A stretch of 22,591 nt of DNA. It comes from Arcobacteraceae bacterium. Its GTDB lineage: Bacteria > Campylobacterota > Campylobacteria > Campylobacterales > Arcobacteraceae. The translations under genes and the position numbers were made by a program. Positions 16,372 through 22,591 of the stretch are shown in pieces. Position 1 is the first letter of the stretch, and each line of letters opens with the position of its first letter. Where the stretch lies: contig JBLWVX010000037.1 of assembly GCA_048268245.1 (NCBI GenBank), positions 1 through 22,591 of the forward strand. Direction: 5' to 3'. The notes under the pieces are model-generated. The model saw only the letters and a program-made list of their open reading frames with translations, ran no database searches and had not been told where the DNA came from.

Positions 16372-18588
16372 ATGGCTCAAAACTGTTGTACTATTTTTAC
16401 TTCTAAACTTTGCGATACAAAAAGACAAAGTGCTGATGATAATATAATCACTAAACATAACAATGAACTTCATATAACTTTTTGTGAAAATGACACTTTA
16501 GAGAAGTTTGAAGAGGATTTAAATACTCTTACTGGAAACTCTTTTTTATACTTTTTAAAAAAAAGAGTTTCTAATACTTTTATTTCTGTAGTTTCTGTTG
16601 TTGTTATTATGTTTGCTTTAATTTCTGCTTCTATATATGAAGACTTATTAAAAAAGATAATTTTTGAATTGCCTTTTGAGTGGAAGCTAACAGATACTAT
16701 ATCTTTTGTATTTGTAGTGATTTTCTTTTTAGGTTTGATGATGATGCCTTCTATTTTAGATGGTGAGGGAAGTGAGTTTAAAAATATTTTGGCTTCTTGG
16801 TTTAATAAAGATATTAAAAAACTAAAAAGAGTAAGACTTGCTTTTTCACAGTTTGATAAAAAAACTCCAATTCACATATATAATATAGATTTAGTAAACT
16901 CTAATCATTGGATTTTTAGGATTTTACTTAAAACTTTAGCTAAGAGATTTTCAAATTTAAACTTATATATTAGAAATGACCAGATAAAAACTATAGAAAA
17001 AAGACTTAAACAGTTTGGTGTTTTAAATATTGAGATTCTAAAAGATAAAAGAAAAAATAATAGTTGTGATATTGATTTTCTTTTATCTTCAAAAGAGCAA
17101 AAACTTTACTCACTTATGCAGTTAAGTTCAACAACTATCATAAAAAGAAAAGATAGTAAAATCTTTGTTTCTTTGGAGCTTTTTGAGTATTGTGGAAGAA
17201 ACTTTTTCGAGAATGAAAAAAGCACTTCAACTCAACTAATTTCTGGTTTTCAAAACTTTGTAAATAGAAGTTTTGATGATTTTAGATTTTTAGCTCAAGA
17301 AAAATCAATGCAGATTTACTTTACTTCTCAAGCAAATAGAAAAGAGCTTGAGGATGAGCAAAGAAGACTCTCTTATTATCTTAGAAATCATATAGAAGAG
17401 TGTGTTGAGTATTTTGATAATCCAATCTCACTACTTATTTTGTACTATTATGTAAGAGATGTGGTTTTAGATGAAAAAAGAACTATTGCAATTTTAGAGA
17501 AATTTATTTTATCAGTGTATAAAAAACAGCAGTATGAGTTAATAGATGAGTTTTGGTTTCAAATAGCAGGGGAAATGTTTAATCCTTTAGACATAAACTC
17601 TTTTGAGATGTCTAGTAACTCTTATTATAGAAAGCTTTCTATTGAGTCTTTAAATAAATTAATTTTCTTATTTGAAAGAAATGGACACTTTGAACAAGCC
17701 TTACTTTTAGCAAAATATCTATATGAAATAAATCCAAATAAATACTCTGTATCTATTTGCTCATTATATGAAAGAACAGGGCAGTTTGAAAAAGCTTACA
17801 GCTCACTACCAAAAAGCTTAAATGTAGGAAAAAATAAAAAGCCAAGTGATATAGAAGTGCGATACTTCCAAAGAAAAGCTTGGATAGTTGTAAGTCAAAG
17901 AAAAGATGAAATAAAACAAGAAGGTTTAGATGCACTACAAAATTTACATGAGCTGATATTCTCTCACAATGATGATAATGAACCTTTATGGTTATGGCAC
18001 TATTATAATATCAAAGCAAACTATGCTGAATGGAGTGAGGATTATGAAGGTGCTATTAGTAACTACAAAAAATGTTTATCAATTCCAGCTTTAGGAGCTT
18101 TTGAATATGGAGCTACTTTTGTAAATATGGCAATAGCATATAGATTTATGTATCTAACAAATAATGAACAAAATTTTGATAACATAAATAAGTGCATTGA
18201 ACTTGGAAAACTTGGAGTATTGCTTAAAGAGTCAGTTGGTGATAGGGATGAAATGCCTGTAGTTCTTCATAATCAAGCCTTAAATGTTTTATATAAAATG
18301 ATTTACAGTGATATTGATAAAAAGGCTTTAGAAGAAATAGTTTTCATAACTGATGATGCAATAAATATTTTAGATAGAACAAAATCTATAAAAAGACTTG
18401 GAATGCTTTTAATTGAAAATATTATTTCAAAACAGCTTTTAGAGTTGGATGCTTCAACTAATCTTGAAAGATTGGAAGAACACTATTTACTAGTTGATGA
18501 AAATGAGTCTAAACAGATACAAAACCTATACAAAGAGTTTATAAAAACCAATAAAATGGCAAAAATTAAATTTTTAGATAACACATAA
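16372..18588 (+). CDS. Large hypothetical membrane protein, two N-terminal TM helices and C-terminal TPR-like repeats
   Basis: 738 aa; hydrophobic segments at about aa 68-88 and 108-127; TPR-like FERNGHFEQALLLAKYL, LYERTGQFEKAY and DYEGAISNYKKCL. Confidence 0.75.
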   Translation: MAQNCCTIFTSKLCDTKRQSADDNIITKHNNELHITFCENDTLEKFEEDLNTLTGNSFLYFLKKRVSNTFISVVSVVVIMFALISASIYEDLLKKIIFELPFEWKLTDTISFVFVVIFFLGLMMMPSILDGEGSEFKNILASWFNKDIKKLKRVRLAFSQFDKKTPIHIYNIDLVNSNHWIFRILLKTLAKRFSNLNLYIRNDQIKTIEKRLKQFGVLNIEILKDKRKNNSCDIDFLLSSKEQKLYSLMQLSSTTIIKRKDSKIFVSLELFEYCGRNFFENEKSTSTQLISGFQNFVNRSFDDFRFLAQEKSMQIYFTSQANRKELEDEQRRLSYYLRNHIEECVEYFDNPISLLILYYYVRDVVLDEKRTIAILEKFILSVYKKQQYELIDEFWFQIAGEMFNPLDINSFEMSSNSYYRKLSIESLNKLIFLFERNGHFEQALLLAKYLYEINPNKYSVSICSLYERTGQFEKAYSSLPKSLNVGKNKKPSDIEVRYFQRKAWIVVSQRKDEIKQEGLDALQNLHELIFSHNDDNEPLWLWHYYNIKANYAEWSEDYEGAISNYKKCLSIPALGAFEYGATFVNMAIAYRFMYLTNNEQNFDNINKCIELGKLGVLLKESVGDRDEMPVVLHNQALNVLYKMIYSDIDKKALEEIVFITDDAINILDRTKSIKRLGMLLIENIISKQLLELDASTNLERLEEHYLLVDENESKQIQNLYKEFIKTNKMAKIKFLDNT

Positions 18589-18604
18589 TAAAAAAAGGAA
18601 AAGA

Positions 18605-20695
18605 ATGGATTATATAAGGAATACTATTGATTTAACCCAAGGTTCTATTGAAGAAAAAAGAGAAGAGATAAAAGAGTACTTTCTTCAAACTTATGAATTA
18701 GATGAAAAGTTGTTTGATTTACTAAAAGATGAGAAAAATATTTACGAACAACCAAATAGACTTAGACATCCATTGATTTTCTATTATGGACATACTGCTA
18801 CATTTTTTATAAATAAACTAGTACTTGCAAATATCTTACCAAATAGAGTAAATAAAGAGTATGAATCTATCTTTGCTATTGGTGTTGATGAGATGTCATG
18901 GGATGATTTAGAATCTAAACACTACACATGGCCAACACTTGAAGAAACAAAAGCATACAGAGATAAAGTAAAGCAAATAGTTTTAGACCTAATAGATACT
19001 ATTGAGTTTACAATGCCTATAAATTGGGAATCTCCTATGTGGATTATTTTGATGGGAATTGAACATGAAAATATTCATATAGAAACTTCATCTGTGCTTT
19101 TAAGAGAACTTAAAATCAAATATATGAGTGATGATGAACTTTTTGAGTATAAAAATGAAGAAAGCCATGACTATCCAACAAATGAGTTAGTTGAGGTAAA
19201 AGCTGGAGAAGTTGTACTTGAAAAAGACAGAGAAAACCCTATATATTATGGATGGGATAATGAGTTTTCATACCATAAAGCTAATATCAAAGACTTCAAA
19301 GCTTCAAAATATTTAGTATCAAATGGTGAGTTTTTAGAGTTTGTAAAAGAGGGTGGTTATAATAAACCTGATTTATTTACAGAAGAAGGAAAAGAGTGGT
19401 TAGACTTCTCACAAGCTAAACATCCTACTTTTTGGGTTAAAAAAGAAGGAAGATATTATCTTCGAGAAATAAACAGAGTAATACCTTTACCTTTAAACTA
19501 TCCAGTTGATGTAAATGTATATGAAGCAGAAGCTTTCTGTAAATACTTAAGTAATAAAAAAGGCTTTGAGGTAAGACTTCCAAGTGAAGATGAATACTAT
19601 AGACTTTATGATTATACAAATGCAGGGCAAAAAGAAGCAAATATAGGACTTAAACAGTTTAATCAATCTCCTGTAGATAAATATAAATTTGATGAGTTTT
19701 ATGATGTGAAGGGAAATGTATGGCAATGGAGTATAACTCCTACATATCCTTTTGATGATTTTAAAACACATCCTATTTATGATGATTTTACTACTCCTAC
19801 TTTTGATGATAGACATGCCCTTATGAAAGGTGGGTCTTTTATCTCTTTAGGAAATGAAACTCTAAAGAGTGCAAGATATGCTTTTAGAAAGCACTTCTTC
19901 CAACATGCAGGATTTAGATATGTACAATCTGATAATGAATACAGAACGAAACTAAATGATAATGTATATGAAACAGATGACTTAATATCTCAGTATTGTG
20001 AATTTCACTATGGAGATGAGAACTTTGGAGTTAAAAACTTCCCTAAAAACTCAGTAGATTTAATCAAGCCATATTTAGATGGTGTAGATACTAAAAAAGC
20101 CATGGATTTAGGATGTAGTGTAGGTAGAAGTACTTTTGAGCTAGCAAAAAGTTTTGATGAGGTTTTAGGTATTGACTTTAGTGCAAACTTTATCAATGTA
20201 GGTGTAAAACTTAAAAAGTACGATTCTCTTGTATTTAAAGTAAAAAATGAGGGTGAGCTTTTTGATGAAAAAAGCGTATCTTTAAAAGACTTTAATTTAG
20301 AAGATACAAAAGAAAGAGTTACATTTATGCAAGGTGACGCTTGTAATCTAAAAGATTTATATACAGGATATGATTTAATCTTCTGTTCAAACTTAATAGA
20401 TAGACTTTACTACCCTCAAAAGTTCTTAGATGATGTACCAAATAGAGTAAATCAAAACGGACTTTTAGTGCTACTTTCACCATATACATGGCTAGAAGAG
20501 TATACACCAAAGAAAAACTGGCTTGGTGGATATATCAAAGACAATAAAGAAGTAAAAACATTAGATACATTAAAAGAAAACTTAGAAGATAGATACGAAC
20601 TACTTGATACTATAGATGTTCCTTTTGTGATAAAAGAAACAAATAGAAAGTACCAACATACAGTATCTCAAATGAGTATCTGGAAAAAAAGATAG
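18605..20695 (+). CDS. ovoA: 5-histidylcysteine sulfoxide synthase / methyltransferase OvoA (ovothiol biosynthesis)
   Basis: LRHPLIFYYGHTA, GVDEMSWDD and iron-binding EHENIHIETSSVL; FGE-sulfatase-like YGWDNE, RLPSEDE, GNVWQW and RYAFRKHFFQHAGFRY; C-terminal SAM methyltransferase DLGCSVGR, QGDACNL, NLIDRL and SPYTWLEEYTP. Confidence 0.95.
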   Translation: MDYIRNTIDLTQGSIEEKREEIKEYFLQTYELDEKLFDLLKDEKNIYEQPNRLRHPLIFYYGHTATFFINKLVLANILPNRVNKEYESIFAIGVDEMSWDDLESKHYTWPTLEETKAYRDKVKQIVLDLIDTIEFTMPINWESPMWIILMGIEHENIHIETSSVLLRELKIKYMSDDELFEYKNEESHDYPTNELVEVKAGEVVLEKDRENPIYYGWDNEFSYHKANIKDFKASKYLVSNGEFLEFVKEGGYNKPDLFTEEGKEWLDFSQAKHPTFWVKKEGRYYLREINRVIPLPLNYPVDVNVYEAEAFCKYLSNKKGFEVRLPSEDEYYRLYDYTNAGQKEANIGLKQFNQSPVDKYKFDEFYDVKGNVWQWSITPTYPFDDFKTHPIYDDFTTPTFDDRHALMKGGSFISLGNETLKSARYAFRKHFFQHAGFRYVQSDNEYRTKLNDNVYETDDLISQYCEFHYGDENFGVKNFPKNSVDLIKPYLDGVDTKKAMDLGCSVGRSTFELAKSFDEVLGIDFSANFINVGVKLKKYDSLVFKVKNEGELFDEKSVSLKDFNLEDTKERVTFMQGDACNLKDLYTGYDLIFCSNLIDRLYYPQKFLDDVPNRVNQNGLLVLLSPYTWLEEYTPKKNWLGGYIKDNKEVKTLDTLKENLEDRYELLDTIDVPFVIKETNRKYQHTVSQMSIWKKR

Positions 20696-20714
20696 GAGTT
20701 TCTCCTGTCTTTTT
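20686..20714 (+). terminator. Intrinsic terminator at the end of the ovoA operon
   Basis: AAAAAGATAGGAG-TTT-CTCCTGTCTTTTT, overlapping the stop codon. Confidence 0.75.
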
Positions 20715-20844
20715 GATATTTAAATACTTTTTCGATTTAGTAAATATCTTTAGTCATTTACTCTAAGATATTTTTATTCTTTATTTATAGAGCTTAATGA
20801 AGTTGAAAAAAGAAAGACTTAGAATAAGAAAATAGGAATAAAAA

Positions 20845-21879
20845 ATGTTTGAAGTAAGAGTAGGTGAATGTTATGAGTTAGCTAGTAAATACTTCGCTAC
20901 AAAAGTAATAGATACTTTTAAAGTTGAAGAGTTTGCCATTAGTTATATTAAAAGAAAACTAGATGAAAATCTTAAACTTTTTGCTATTGATTGTCATACA
21001 AAAGAACAATTAATAAAAGCTTGGAAATCACATGGAGATTTTTATTTTATAAGTGCTTATGAGGATTACTATTTTTCAATACACTATGTAGAAGAAAATG
21101 CTCAAAAAATTGTAGATGAAATCAATAAAAAGAAAAAAGAACTTGATGATATTATTTTAAATGAAAATAGGCTTTATTTAGATAGAAGTGAAGAATTTAA
21201 AGAATATGAAAGTAAAAAGAAGAGTTCAGTTTTGAGCCTTATATCTTCATGGCCTAGACATGCTTTTACAAAAACAATTAAACAATATACAAAAGCATTA
21301 GAATTATTATTGCAGCTTTATCCAAACTTAGAAGAACAAACAGATGATAAATATAAAAGAACAGCTTTACACATAGCTTGTAAAGAAGGTCTTTTTATAG
21401 CTATTGAATTACTTTTAAAATATGGAGCAAATCCAAATTCATATGATTATAAAAATTCTCAATCATTAGAATATTTAACAAATTATGCTTGGAGAGCTAG
21501 ATGTGATGGAATGATTCCTATTTATCAATTAATAAAATCAGGAGCAGATATAAATAATTTATCTTTAAATGAAGATGCACAAACAGCCTTAGGTTGGACT
21601 ATTATTTATGGAGGAAATCAATTATCAGTTATCTCTTTCCTTCTTGAAAATAAAGCAGATGTAAATTTAGCAAACAATAAAGGAGAAACACCTCTTATGT
21701 TAGCAGCATCAAGTGATAGAGTTGATATATGTTGGTTATTGTATATGTATGATGTAGACTTATATGCAAAAAACAATAAAGGTAAAACAGCTCTTGATAT
21801 AGCAAAAGAAAAAAAAAGAGAAAAAGTAATAGCATTTTTAGAAGAAGTTATTAAAAATATAAAAATAGGAGAAATGTGA
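20845..21879 (+). CDS. Ankyrin-repeat protein with an unrecognised N-terminal domain
   Basis: RTALHIAC…[41 protein letters not shown] and GKTALDIA repeats. Confidence 0.9.
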   Translation: MFEVRVGECYELASKYFATKVIDTFKVEEFAISYIKRKLDENLKLFAIDCHTKEQLIKAWKSHGDFYFISAYEDYYFSIHYVEENAQKIVDEINKKKKELDDIILNENRLYLDRSEEFKEYESKKKSSVLSLISSWPRHAFTKTIKQYTKALELLLQLYPNLEEQTDDKYKRTALHIACKEGLFIAIELLLKYGANPNSYDYKNSQSLEYLTNYAWRARCDGMIPIYQLIKSGADINNLSLNEDAQTALGWTIIYGGNQLSVISFLLENKADVNLANNKGETPLMLAASSDRVDICWLLYMYDVDLYAKNNKGKTALDIAKEKKREKVIAFLEEVIKNIKIGEM

Positions 21880-22517
21880 AAGCCTTCCATTTTGAAAATC
21901 AATTTTCATCTCAGTTATTAAATGAAACAGTTAATCATACAAATATTAAAGTAGGTGTATTCTCTTATTATTCAGGGTATCATCACAAACATGATTTTCT
22001 TGAATGTGTAAGATACTTACATGATAAAAGAAAGGATGTTGATAAGCTTATTATTGGTTCTTTTTGCTCTATTGGATCTGGTGCAGTTTTTGTGATGGCT
22101 GGAAATCAAGGGCATAATATGGAATGGATAAGTACTTTCCCTTTTTATTTTCAAGCAAATATTTTCAAATCATCTAAAAATGCTTTTATAAAAGCAGGAA
22201 ATACTAATATAGGAAATGATGTTTGGATAGGCTCAGAAGCGATGATTATGCCAGGAGTAACTATAGGAGATGGAGCTATAATAGCAGCTCGAGCAGTTGT
22301 GACAAAAGATGTACAACCTTACAGTGTAGTAGGGGGAAATCCTGCTATTTTTATAAAGACTCGTTTTGAACAAAAAGAAATAGCGCAATTACTTACAATG
22401 AAGTGGTGGAATTGGCAAGAAGAAAAAATAAAAGAGAATATGCCTCTTATCTGTAGTCCCAATATTGAAGATTTATGGAACTACTGGAATAAAAATAAAA
22501 AGATTTTAGAAAAATAG
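21876..22517 (+). CDS. catB: Type B chloramphenicol O-acetyltransferase (CatB / xenobiotic acetyltransferase, hexapeptide repeat)
   Basis: [38 protein letters not shown] (catalytic His), [22 protein letters not shown] and KWWNW; GTGA overlap with the ankyrin stop. Confidence 0.85.
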   Translation: MKAFHFENQFSSQLLNETVNHTNIKVGVFSYYSGYHHKHDFLECVRYLHDKRKDVDKLIIGSFCSIGSGAVFVMAGNQGHNMEWISTFPFYFQANIFKSSKNAFIKAGNTNIGNDVWIGSEAMIMPGVTIGDGAIIAARAVVTKDVQPYSVVGGNPAIFIKTRFEQKEIAQLLTMKWWNWQEEKIKENMPLICSPNIEDLWNYWNKNKKILEK

Positions 22518-22591
22518 GACCCTGTAAATTAAACTGTGTAAACCCACCAGTTACTTTTTAATCACTTAGTATATTTTTCCATAATCTCACT
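22518..22591 (-). mobile_element. Probable end of an IS256-family insertion sequence extending beyond the window
   Basis: GACCCTGTAAATTAAACTGTGTAA resembles IS256-family terminal repeats (GA..CTGT…TGTGTAA pattern, from recall). A minus-strand frame entering from the window edge ends …SEIMEKYTK* shortly before it. Confidence 0.5.

Noticed and set aside
18605..20695. Selenometabolite (ovoselenol/selenoneine) cluster, prompted by ovoA plus a TsoY-like gene
   Set aside because: No selenophosphate synthetase or SenB-like glycosyltransferase is in the window. The tsoY-like gene is about 15 kb away and encodes Cys.
3139..21902. Short ORFs in the track that overlap larger genes (e.g. 3139-3327, 4069-4272, 4335-4526, 4749-4958, 9203-9403, 15310-15585, 15560-15772, 17753-17935, 19437-19816, 20008-20510, 21618-21902)
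   Set aside because: They are shadow or alternate-frame ORFs within well-supported genes and show no recognisable motifs.
20715..22517. Integron cassette origin for the ankyrin and catB genes
   Set aside because: No attC-like structure is recognisable, the two genes overlap directly, and no integrase is in the window.

Overview
This is an AT-rich chromosomal window whose gene content and style suggest Campylobacterota, most likely Arcobacteraceae (inferred). The left edge (1-1300) is a decayed RTX-associated cassette: the C-terminus of an RTX-repeat protein, a membrane protein and a 56-codon gene stub that ends exactly at a perfect GC-rich 25-bp inverted repeat. The core carries an SH3/NlpC-P60 lipoprotein, a TsoY-like membrane protein (Cys form), an apparent ASCH-GGDEF fusion and a cytochrome c553 with an Fnr/Crp-type box. 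It also carries htrA, a sensor-like membrane protein, an EamA transporter, a DsbA-like protein and a TPR lipoprotein. Two tightly coupled metabolic operons stand out. (1) A B12-dependent glutamate mutase (S, E and L subunits) is followed not by methylaspartate ammonia-lyase but by an adenylating enzyme resembling the exosortase-A-associated acyl-CoA ligase family. This suggests an undescribed pathway that makes and activates beta-methylaspartate, and it is the best novelty candidate. (2) rraA-like, gamma-glutamylcyclotransferase-like and membrane/TPR genes precede ovoA (ovothiol synthase), with no ovoB in the window. The right edge has an ankyrin gene, a type B chloramphenicol acetyltransferase gene and a probable IS256-family end abutting the cat stop codon. 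All calls come from motif recognition by eye; no searches were run.
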